From Ascidiella aspersa (Eukaryota): a stretch of 64,000 bases of DNA. The stretch covers positions 25,172,001-25,236,000 of the forward strand of contig OZ004609.1 of NCBI GenBank assembly GCA_963924565.1, given 5' to 3'. The position numbers and the translations under genes were made by a program. Of the stretch, positions 36,901-59,700 are shown piece after piece (positions within the stretch are counted from its first letter, which is position 1; every line of letters begins with the position of its first letter). Under the pieces are notes generated by a model. That model saw nothing but the letters and a program-made list of their open reading frames with translations. It did no database searches and was not told where the DNA came from.

Positions 36901-39900
36901 GCAAATTGAAAAAACAAAAAAACTTCACTTTGAGCGAAAGCGAAAGCCGCAGTCGCTTAATTACTCGCGGCGCGAAACGCCAAGAAGGCGCTAAATTATT
37001 GAAGCCTTTCGTCGTCCTCCCTCCTTCCTTGCCACGCAGTACGGCCGGTAATCAAACGTGGTATAGGGACAACCAGATTCTTGCGAAATTGCGGGAAGGA
37101 AAGCGGTTAAAAGAAATTGGACAAATTAAAAATGACGATAAACGTGGAAAACGGCCATAGGAGCGTGTTGTGTCACAAGTTACCTGCGGGTGATTATACA
37201 ACGAGATGTTTATAGTTCACGAGTTAAACTAAATGCTGCTAAGCCTGTGCAGTTCATACAAGTGTAATTTTTTCCCATTAACTGAAGATGACACAAGCTC
37301 GTATCGAAACGTCCTAACCAAAACGATGCCGATTACTCGACCTTTTTGGCTTTGCAATTCATTATCAAGCTACATTACAGATTCGTGCATAGTATACCCA
37401 AATGCAATTTTATTGCTGTGGAAATTTACAGCGACTTTCATGTAACTTTTAATTCGACGCCATCCGTTTCTTTTTGATAAATGCCTGGAACCTTGATGTT
37501 CGTTTCATCATTGATTTAAGGTTTGGTCCTAAAAAATTGCTGGATAAAGAAATATTTTATTTTGGAAAACAAATCGTTTGGTACAAACAATTGACAGTCT
37601 AATTTTAACAACCGTGCGCAGTTAAACATCAGAAAAGGCTCGATTTATTTATGGCATATTGGCTATTTTTAACAGATTCATTAGCTCTGTTCTTGGAAGA
37701 AACCCAATGGATAATGATAGTCCCACGGAAATCGTAAAAGCTATACCGAAGAAAATCATTAAACATTAAAATGTACCAGGTAAAAACCAGGGCAAAAGGG
37801 GGCTTGCTGAGTACAGAATAGTGTCCAAACACGTGTTAAGTAAAAAAAAGCAAAAGGGTCGAGTGATGCTTCATGCATAAAAAATGGTAAACAATGTTCG
37901 ACCGCGGTCGTCCATTGCTTCTAACCTGGGACGCTGTCAACGTGACGAATAAAGCGTCCGCATACATACAAAAAAGAAACGCAAGGACGTATAGTCGCCA
38001 ACGGCGTCGCTGGCCGCTTCGGCCGGCACTAATTAGCGGTGACGGGATGTGTTTACAAACACTGACCCATTTAATGTATGCCCGGATCCAGTGCGCGATG
38101 AGAAGCGGAGATAACGCCCCGGCTCTTGTCACTGCACTTCGGTGATCATTTCGCAGCCTCCCGGACAGAGTTCACACGTCGCGAGGACCCACGGCCAGCC
38201 GCCGTTAAGCGCACCACTTATACTATAATCGGCCCACGATTCGATTCTCATGGGTGTTTTTTTTTAAACTTGAAATGCTGGAGTTTGTGAACTTATTTTT
38301 CTCGCTTGCAACCGTTGGAAGGGTGGTATCGAAGTATTACTTCTCTTCACAGAAAAATCACAGTAGGAATGTTGGTGCAGCCAACAGTTTCTTTTCCGAA
38401 TAAGGCTATAATATGCAAGTTGAAAGGGTGCTGTACGATGTGAAATCGTGGAGATTTTTCAACTTAGGACTAATAAAAATTATTCACACCACAACTGTTT
38501 AATCTAATAGTTATGGGTGGATTGCTAATCTGAATTGTAGTATTACATCGTTGAAATACCATTGTTGTGACGGACTGATTTTAGAACAGAGTTCGGTTCG
38601 TATATTGGATCAAAGCAGGTATCAATTAAAAGCAAATCAATCCCGGGATATACATAGGATACTTACTGCTTTGTCCTTCGACAAATCCAAAACAGATCCC
38701 CATAACCCGCGTTGTAAAGCACATGGTCTGCGCCAAGCAAGGCAAGCTATAGGAGCGATGCCTGATGGTCTCTACAACTTTTAGCCAAACTTAGAGGATT
38801 CCGCAAGGATCAGTAAAAATCCGTAAGATTTCCGGGGAGGCCCGCGCAAGTGCAGGGGACCCCCACGAACTTTGCACATCGCTGCACAGCTCGCAGCTCC
38901 ACAAAGCATCGAGGTCCGCAGCGAAAGCCATTTTGCGCCGCGACTCGTATTTAAGCCGCGTTTAGGCGAAAATGGATTGGCAGAGCGGGGGCGTGGGCCG
39001 AAATGGCGGGTGGTCCCAAGCCAAGCGGTATGAGGGACAAGGTCAAGTTTTGTCGAGAGATCCGCCATGGCACGCGTCCAAATAATAGCGGGCCAAAGAA
39101 TATTTACGCTTGTCCGGTTACGTAAGGTTGCAGGCACAGGGTGCTGGAAGTACAAACCGAGTTCTCTTCGTAAAACTGGCAGGATTATAAAATATAAAGC
39201 AGAAGAGTTCTTTCCACTGTTGTTTATTTATTCGAGTTTTATAAAGTCGCCATTTTTTTCATGATAATGCAGTATACGCTATTACGACTGCAATGACAAG
39301 CATCGACGTGATGAGCAACGTGCTGACCGTGGAGACCAATCAGCGCTGAGACATCTGGCCGAGTTTACATTCTGACTGATTGCACTACCAAAACTTGATA
39401 GGTGCTAACTAACCGCTTTGGATGATTGCTCCTCTATGCCGGTTCGTCATACCGGTTTAAAGTTGTTGATATAGTGTCGTTCGGGGTAAACATATGACAC
39501 TCGGGTATAGCTTTTTGAGTACTTTGATTTTCGAGTAGCCCTAACACCATCGACTATTACAAGTGTTCAATGTTTGTTGGTCGGTACTTCTTTAGAAGGG
39601 CTAGAATGCTGATTAGGACAAATTATTTCCGGAATAGCTTTTACGAAGGCAACCGCATGGTTCACGAATATGTATCGTCATCGTTGGTCAGTGCTTTCTT
39701 TAAAAGAGCATACACACCAATTTGAACAGTCGATAGATTCGGTTACAACAGCTTTTTCTAATTGTGCATTAACATCACACAAACTTCGCATCCTTCGCAT
39801 TTTCTGCCCTTTGCTTACCTAATTTTTGAGAATTGTGATGTCGGTTTTGAATCGCAATAATTTATGAAACAGCCTATGGTGTCGTTACCAAAAAAACAAA

Positions 39901-41029
39901 CAATCAAAACAGAACTTGCGGTAAGTTTATCATGGAATTTATCTTTTGCCAGTTCGAAAGGTTCATGTTTGCTATAAATATCGCCTGACATGAGATTTGC
40001 GGCCGTCTACGCACCAAGGATCGTGACAAACCAACGTCGGTATTACGAGGAAAAGACCTGACACTGTAAGGAAGGCGCTGAAAGAGAGGGAAAAGATCTC
40101 AAAAACACGATCAACAAATATGCAAACTTCGCACACAGTGCGTTTCGAGAGACTCAAGTGAGGTCGCAGAAGCCTCGCGGTGCAGTTGGTGTTCGGGAGG
40201 TGGAAATACCGCTAATTCTGTTTAACCTGGCAACATTGTGCCCGGAAAGCCGCTTCGGCCCCGGCGGCGGCTGAGTTCATAAGCGATATTTCGTCAAAAA
40301 AAGAAAAGCGTGTTCACTTCGCAAACGACGCAACGCGGCGAACTCGCTTCTTTGCGCCGTTGCGAGAAAAATGCAATATCGGGCGGATCGCATAGGGTCG
40401 GGCCCGGTTCGTACCAAGCGTTGCTCGGAACCGATCGCTGACAAAGATAAGGCCCGACCGACCCAAAACAGCCGAACTGTGCATTTTTGCCTGCTTACGA
40501 AAGCTTCGCCGGTTGCACTGCGAAAAGGAATACGGAGCCGCATACGTTGCTCTCGCATTAGAGCGCTGCTCTGTGCGCGATGCGCGGATTAGGCAATCAG
40601 CCGAGCGCTTTGCGGGACAAAGAGTCGCTCATCTCTTCCGTTGCCTTGGCGCCCACCGGGCGATCCCGGTGTCGATACAGAGGTTCGGGTGTTTTTTGGA
40701 AAAAAAGGTGCAAAATTTCTCGGCATAAACTCGCGTGTTGGTCGTTTGGTTTGCTGCGAACGTTGCTTGATTGAAGTTTTGGTGTAAAATAAAAATGAAA
40801 AGTCGAACAATTTTCTTACCGCAAGCATAAGAAAATTCTTATCAGAACGCATGCAAATTTTCAGAGTCACCAAGTAACGACATATAGTGACCTATAATGG
40901 GGATATATTTTTGTCGATACGCCGAATTCAACGGAACACCGTTCCAAATTATTTTACCACTGATTTTCTGTCATCGAGGAACTTGAAATACTCGTTACTT
41001 TAATGAATTAAGTTTTGCGCAAAGCTAAA

Positions 41030-41225
41030 TAGTGGTTCTTAATTTTTTTAACCTGGTGACCCCTTTGTTTCCTTAAAATGATGGGTACAAAAGTTAAAAA
41101 TCGTACTCAAATGTACCAATTAATAAAAAAGTAAAGCTAATAAAACTTATCGCTTAACACATTTATGTTAACCGTGCCCTCAATACAATCCCAGGAGTTC
41201 GCAGATCCCAGTTAGAAAACCACTG
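41030..41225. mobile_element. Old CAGTGGTT-type MITE
   Basis: TAGTGGTTCTTAA ... TTAGAAAACCACTG inverted ends; no clear TSD. Confidence 0.55.
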
Positions 41226-43888
41226 GTTTAAGAGTCACTTATGGCTACCGACATGGCTGACTGGGCGCCGGCGACGTTACTTTTTACAACGTTCTACTTG
41301 CTAATACAGTACACTGATACATACTTATATTTGGTTATACACCTTATGAACAATAACTAAAACTATAGTAGAATTAGAATTGTGAACACATGTTAAGAAA
41401 CTTTTTACGCCCTTAGCAGGGCGATAATTTTTTTCACCAGCAAATGTGAAATTTTTACCTAACGTGTATATTTTTAAAAATCAAAAAATAATCGCCCTAG
41501 CGATTGATAATACGAAATCAGCCCGATTCTTTTGAAACGAGTTTTTTTTCATAAATTCTGACTAAAATCGGTTACATTAATTTGCAATTGTGTTTAATAC
41601 GGTATTATTTCCAGTTGCATATATCGTGGTTACAAAATTACCCTACTATAATTTCGAAAGGGAAAAAAATCCAAACATTTTAGGCTTTTATTGACTTTTG
41701 AGTTTGTTTAATTTATTTTCATTTAATTTCGAAAAAAAAAACAATAAAATTATGTGGAAAAAACACCACAAAATATAACTTGACCATCTCAGGAATTTTA
41801 AAAATTTGCCGGCGTTTACAACAAACTCAGTTACCCCAACAGTCAAATTTTGGTCGTCTGTTTATTTCCGCATTTTCACGGTTATCAACTAAGGTCGCGT
41901 GTGGGCGCTGGGGTTTCTTGGAGCAAATGCTGGCTTCACAATCTGATTTCTGTGATGTCAGCCTCGAAGGCAAGTAACACCTCTTGCATTTCACACTTTT
42001 CTTGACAGGGCAAAATGATTTGTTGCTGATAATATGGTTCAATTGTCAAGACATTGAAATAATATAAGAGAAATTCTTACAGTCTGCATTGTTTTACATG
42101 CAAGCATTTGTCCAATCGTCTGCATCTTTCGATTGTTTAATTTAAGCGTTTATGTTGCATGGCGTTTTCGAAGTCTTGGCCAACATTGGTGCGATGTACT
42201 TTCCAAAGTGATGACCTTGATCAAGCTCTTGTAAAGGCAAAATTCTTTTTTAAAAGACTTTTTTTCGGAATGACGACAAATATAAAATTTGTTTTAACAC
42301 ATTAGTTGTTCTCGTGGAATTAGCCCATGTAGGAAAAGGGAAGGCGTACGTGCGAAGTGTGCGAAAGACTTAGGTGTTTTGCTGCTACTAAATGAAAACT
42401 AAAAAAAGCTATTCCGACAAATCTATCAGCTTTTGCAATAATTGTGCTAAAACAAACATCAGCCTCCAACTTGACCGCAGATTTGCACCCGTCCGCGCGA
42501 TAAGCATGGCCTGTCTTGGGCGGAGAAAGGGTTTAGGGAGGGCGGGCTGCCTGATCACAGACTGAAGCAGACGATAAGGCATCAAATCTGATGGCGTTTA
42601 GGAAGGCAGATAGCTATGGGGGTGTCTTGCTTTTGAACACAGGCCCAAACTCATCGAATATTGATGGCCATACGACGCCTAAAAGCGCCAAATCGTTCCC
42701 CGGTGCACAATTTCCAACGCATATCTACCATCTTCGTTTGATTGACGTGCCTTACAGACACCTCCGCGTAACGTTTTTTTAAACTGCACGAGGAAAGCAC
42801 TATATACCCTACCGAAACAAAAATGATGTTTTAGTGCTAGTCCATCAAATTGCGCGCCAAAGCATAACAATTTTTCCTACTCAATTTCTTGAGGCTTTTT
42901 AAAAGTTGGGTTTACATAACTTAACCTTACCTAACGACTTATTGCCATCGACAGTTCCCACCCCCCAAAAAACTTACACAGCTGAAAGGTAGAAAGTTCA
43001 TTAAAGATGAGAGAGTTTGTCCTCCGGACGATTTATCAGTGGCAACATGTTCGCCGGTCCGTCGCTTGCAGAGCAAATAAATACTAAAATGACAGGTGGG
43101 ACCATATGGAGATGTCAATATTAAATGAGATTGATACATTAATTTATTTATTGATCAAATAAAAACAGTTATGCATCTTCTTACCGCAAGATTGCACAAA
43201 AAAATGAAATGTCTTTTCTGCGACGAGAATCTTTACGTTGGTTGCGAATTTCTTCTACCGTCTAGCGGATGATTTTTTTCAATTTTATTCGTGTTTATCT
43301 ACGACTGACAAACGGTACATTATATGACCAGGGCACTAATGAAACGCCACAAATAAAATACAATTATAGTTAAAATTGTAAAACATCGTTTAGATAACGA
43401 TAAAGGCAAATATACACCACTTAATTGTCTCGAAAATATATCATGATTTTTAAGACCAGAAACTACCCAGACCTATTACGTATAAGAGCCGTGTTCTAAC
43501 ACATTTCATTCTTGAAATCTTCATGCAAACCGCATAGAAAAAACAATTTTAGCACGTGTCAATCGTTTAACTATTATAAATAACTCATATACGCATCATT
43601 TTCGTCCGAATTTTCCTAAACGTGGTCGTACTTTGCCTCGCATACCATGCGCATGGCGGCAAAGTCAGGAACAAACGACTATTGGTCGATGCGGGAATTG
43701 TTGCAGCGTCAAGGAAACCTGGTTATCAACCTTTTTGAATTATTACTAAAAACTTCATGTGAAAGCAGGATGCAATAAATAAGTGTCCGAGGTGGCATAT
43801 TCATAACATGATCGTTTTTCGCAATGTGTTTTCCGAAAATTCTCTAAGAACAGAGGCGAACGTCGATTGGTCGAAAGATGACAAAGCG

Positions 43889-55131
<11,243 letters not shown>

Positions 55132-55375
55132 TTAACGAAAGGTTCGCGAGGACATAAATACAGACAGATAAAAGAAAGAACTTTGGATTATAAAAGCACC
55201 ATAAAAGAAGATTGGATTGGGTCTCCGGTAAAACCAAAGTTTGTTGCCATCCAGGTCACTCATGCGTTAAAAAATATCTTGCTTTTACTCATAGACACCT
55301 TATGTTTGCATTTTGTCCACTCAGTATCCCCGAGTTTTTGGGGGTTTGCGATACACAGAAAAAACCTAGATATAT

Positions 55376-55425
55376 TCAGGGCGTATTCAGGAATAGGGGC
55401 AGGCGGCCATGACCATGTAGTGAAT
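55376..55425 (-). CDS. NDRG: NDRG candidate last exon C ((D)SLHGHGRLPLFLNTP*), or alternatively a DUS2 leader exon
   Basis: Strong acceptor ttttttcccttacag|; phase-1 compatible; GC-richer than its flanks. Confidence 0.45.
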
Positions 55426-56626
55426 CTGTAAGGGAAAAAAACTCACTACAACTCTGAAGGTCTGTCTATATAAGAATAGCAATAAAACACGAACTTGTCG
55501 TTTTAAGAGGACCTTGTAATAGTGCTATTTTATTGTGAATTTCATTTTCTGTTCAAAATCAACTATTGTTTAAGTATATTGTTGCCTAAAAATGCCCAAG
55601 ACGTTTTTACAATATATTTGCTAATAGTCTGATTTCTCAGAATATGTTTAAAATGTACTAAAAGACGAATTGCTACAAACGATGTTATTTTAAGTCTTGG
55701 TAATGGAACCATTTCATAACTCTTTAGTCATATAAGCATGCCCGTTCAGCAAATTTGCTCGTCGCCCCAAAAATACATCCTTTTATGTCTGGTACAGAGT
55801 ACGAATTTTGGAAAACACTTGTACAGAAGGGTTAACTAAAAGGAACAAACCAAAAAAAACGTCCCAGTGAAAGTCAGTATAGTTACAATATTCGAAAAAA
55901 GTTGTACTTTGAAAAATCTTAAACTAAGGTTTGTAAACCATGGGCAAAAATATTTATTGCCGTTGTACGTAGTTTAACACAAGCCAAGCAGTTTATTTTG
56001 TACAACGAGGGGCGATAGTACGAGTAAAACAAGCGCGCCAACGTCTAAACATAACTTGAACTTTAACATCAATAAGTGAGCGTTTTGTTGTTTGACAGTC
56101 GTTTTTTTTATCGAGTTAATAGGGCAGCACGTAAAGAGGTTTGAGTCGTTCGAAACAGCCGAGTAATATTTAAAAAAAAATGGTAATAGCGAAAGACGGG
56201 TGATTTTCTTTTTTTGTACAGAATTGCTGAAGACGCCCTAAAAGTAAAACAAACACAACAAAAACACATAAAATAATTGCGAAAATTATATTCTTTGAAT
56301 TGGAGGCAACGCTCAATAGCAACATTAGTATACTAATTGCTTACGACACTACTGGCACGGCTAGGCATTTTAAACTGGCCAGAAGCAATTTGAACGCGAA
56401 AACGTAAATCGCCCAGGGACTTAACTGATTTTTCACCTTCTAGTGGTTTAATAAGCCAAAATTAGATTTTGATTTTCCACTCGCTGTACAGAAATTTTAA
56501 ATTGTCGCACGCGCTACAACATGACAGTTTGAACAGTTCGAAAAGCATACGATAAAGCTCAGAGTCTAATCCTTTAGGGACTACGCGCGTTGGACGCACA
56601 AAACCAGAAGTTGGCGACAGTTGGAT

Positions 56627-56709
56627 CTAGCATACTGGGGGTGAGACGAGCTGGGTCTTGTCAGAGTGGTCGATAGCCGTGTTGGAAGGGATGTGAGTTG
56701 GGGAAGCAC
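56627..56709 (-). CDS. NDRG: NDRG candidate last exon B ((G)ASPTHIPSNTAIDHSDKTQLVSPPVC*), preferred
   Basis: Strong acceptor tcttgtcccctttccag|G; phase 1; length and terminal Cys resemble the NDRG tail (...MEVSC*); minus-strand AATAAA at about 55992-55997 and 55953-55958. Confidence 0.7.
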
Positions 56710-59700
56710 CTGGAAAGGGGACAAGATGTTATATTACCCCTGGTTTGTGCACATTGTAAAATTTTCGGTGTAAAAAATAATGATTAACTTTAGGGCCATG
56801 GTATATTCGGGATAGAACAAAAACAATGAGAATAATATAAATAGGGCAGTGGTTCCCAATCGGAGTTTCGCGGTACCCTGTGGTGCAATTTCTAATGCCC
56901 AAGGATGCCGAACGGTATTTGGAAACCTTTAAGAATTCGATTTTCGGTAAGCCTCTTACAACACTGTGTGTACCGGTATATTTTCCTACATCGTTTAGAG
57001 TTGATGTGTGGTGTTACAGTTCTGCTTATTATGACATTATATAAAAATTCTTAACGAAAATTTTGGTAGGCAATCATTCTATTATTTCCGATGGATGCCG
57101 AAAGTTTTAAACGGTTGGGAGCCACGGAAATTGGGGTAAAAAGAAAAATAGTTAAAAATAGTAAATTTCCGGTAAAAAAACTTTACTTAGAATTTAGACC
57201 AGGGGCGGGCAACATACGGCCCGCGGGCCGGGTCCGGCCAGCGACGAGATTTTAAGTGGTCCGCAGACAGTTTCCGGTCTTAAATGATAATGTGGCCCGG
57301 CCACATTCTGCCACAATACCCCACTACTTGCTTACTACGTCAATTTATAAAGATTGTTAGTTATTCTTTGACTCTTTGTTTTTTTGTGTTTTTAGAGGCT
57401 TTGTTTTGGGTTGAAATTATATTTAGAATTTTACAAAAATATTTTTTCATGGATTTGCCCAGAAACGTAAGTTTGAGAAGGAGTGTCGCGAATTTAACAA
57501 GGATTGAATGCCCAAGTACTTTTTCACTCAAATCGGCATGAATCAGTATTTTCTTTTGAATAACAAAATCCGAATGCTGAAAAACAAATTATTCCGGTTG
57601 CACATCAATGAGAATAAAGAATGTTTTTTAAGAGATAAATATAATTCGCTAATAAAAAAAAAGAGATAAATATAATTTCGCTAATATCAGTAGGCCGATT
57701 ATTTTTTGACCCGAAAAATGAAATTTTGACCTAAAAATATCTTTTTTTGACAAAATTTTGACCCATTATAAATACATTGATTATTTTAAACAACAGCATT
57801 AGTGTATTGGCGTCGTTGAAATCCCTATAGTTGATATTTTTGTCATTTCAAAAAGTCAAATAACTATAAATTGCCGAAGAAAACAAAGACGCTGTTTATT
57901 TTAGAAAATGTTGTCAAGAGAAAAAAGACAGCAAATACTGTTAAATACATTTGTCTAAATCAGAAATAAACAACTGTATAATGCAAAAACGAAGCTGAGC
58001 CTAATGCGATAAACTTGGACAGGGTCGTTAATTCTGAAAGCTCGCGTATATATAACACAGTTAAAATGTCGTTGAATATAACTAAAAAAAAAAAACTTTT
58101 TTAATAACATTTTAACATAACGTCAATTATAAAAAAGCTGATATAAGTTTTTTTTTAATTTTGTAAACGATTTATGTGCATTTTTAATTGTTTTTGACTT
58201 TGTAGTTAGTTTATTCTTTAAGTCGGCGAAATAGTGTTGCCGTGTTTAACGAGTACAAAGTTAGTCTCTATTATGCGAAAAAACATGAAAGCTTTGACAT
58301 TACTTAATCCGGCCCGCCAAGTACTTCATTTGGCCATATCTGGCCCGCCGACTGGAGAAGTTGCCCGCCCCTGATTTAGACATATGTTTAATACATTCAA
58401 CTCATTTCGGTATGTAACAGAGTTCGATGTCATTCATTCTAAAAAGGATGGCCTGTGTAGGACTTTGAAACGTTGCAGAATCAAATACGTTACTAGATGA
58501 GCTATTTTAATAAACATTTAGGTAAGTACAAACTTTATCAGAGTTATTTTACAAATGTTTAGTTTGGCAGCGCGACAAAATCCACAACGGACAAAAAATA
58601 GTAGGGTTAGAATCTGGCCTACACATACACTACCTGCAAAATTTACTGGAACATCTTGCTAACTGGGCGTGTGTAGATTACTGAGGCTGAATCGGCTGCT
58701 CCAAACTACCATCACAGCTGAAAGAGGATCGAACTAGTCCCTTTTCTGCTTTCAACACTGGTTCACTGACGCTAACAGACGCATTCTCTACAACTGTCAA
58801 GTCAATAGTTGGAACATTAAGCATAAGGACATGCTACTCTAGATTTCAGCAACATCCGCTGATAAACCTAATACAACTTAGACTAAACCTGAACAACCAA
58901 GAGTACACTCACATACAAACGTCGAATCGGTAATAATTAACTAAAAACTACTGAACTTTTTATTTGATCTACTACAGGTTCGACATTTTATTTATGCTTA
59001 CAAAGAGGAAATACCTATCTATGTTACAATTCACCAGTTTATTCTCAAATGGTAATGAGTAATTTTTGTACAAAACTGTCCTACTATAGCAAGTAACAGA
59101 TTGACAGTTCGATAAACTAAAACATATATTTTATTTCTCTCCTGCGTTCATCCTGGCCGAATAGTATATTTCAGTTGCACTGCCAATCTACTCTATCACT
59201 GTAAAACGCAAAACAGACAATGTCCCTCTCTAGCACCCACCAGTGGATCCCGATGAAATGGTGCGCATCCGCTTGGTGTCGCCATCAGATCCACCAGACG
59301 AAGCCGAGATCGTCCTGGAGCGAGCAAGGCGCGTCATCATCACGCCGGGAACTAAGACAAAACATTTATTGCATTTCGGGCAAGCTAGTTTTAACACACA
59401 AAGCGACGCCATTGGGTTAACGGCGGTCGTAATCGACACTTTCGAATTGCAGTGGTCCATATTTAAAGCATGTTTTTTAAAAACCGTGGCCCTCGACCTC
59501 CTTGGTTGCCCCACGTAGTATTCAGAGGGCCATGAGCAGAGGTATTTATAGGTAGCTTTTCTATCAATTTCATTCTCGAGTTAACCTTAAATTTGTAGTT
59601 TTTACTTTGACCTCATCCACACTTGTAACGTTCCTTGGTTTACTGGAAAGATTTCGAAAACCATATACACCATATAACTTATAACATATAAAACCGATTA

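Noticed and set aside
39308-39380. Box C/D snoRNA-like GTGATGA...CTGA
   Set aside because: No convincing terminal stem or recognisable rRNA guide, and the location is intergenic.
59148-59179. Additional NDRG last exon (VQLKYTIRPG*)
   Set aside because: Purine-rich acceptor context and an implausibly short intron of about 60 nt.
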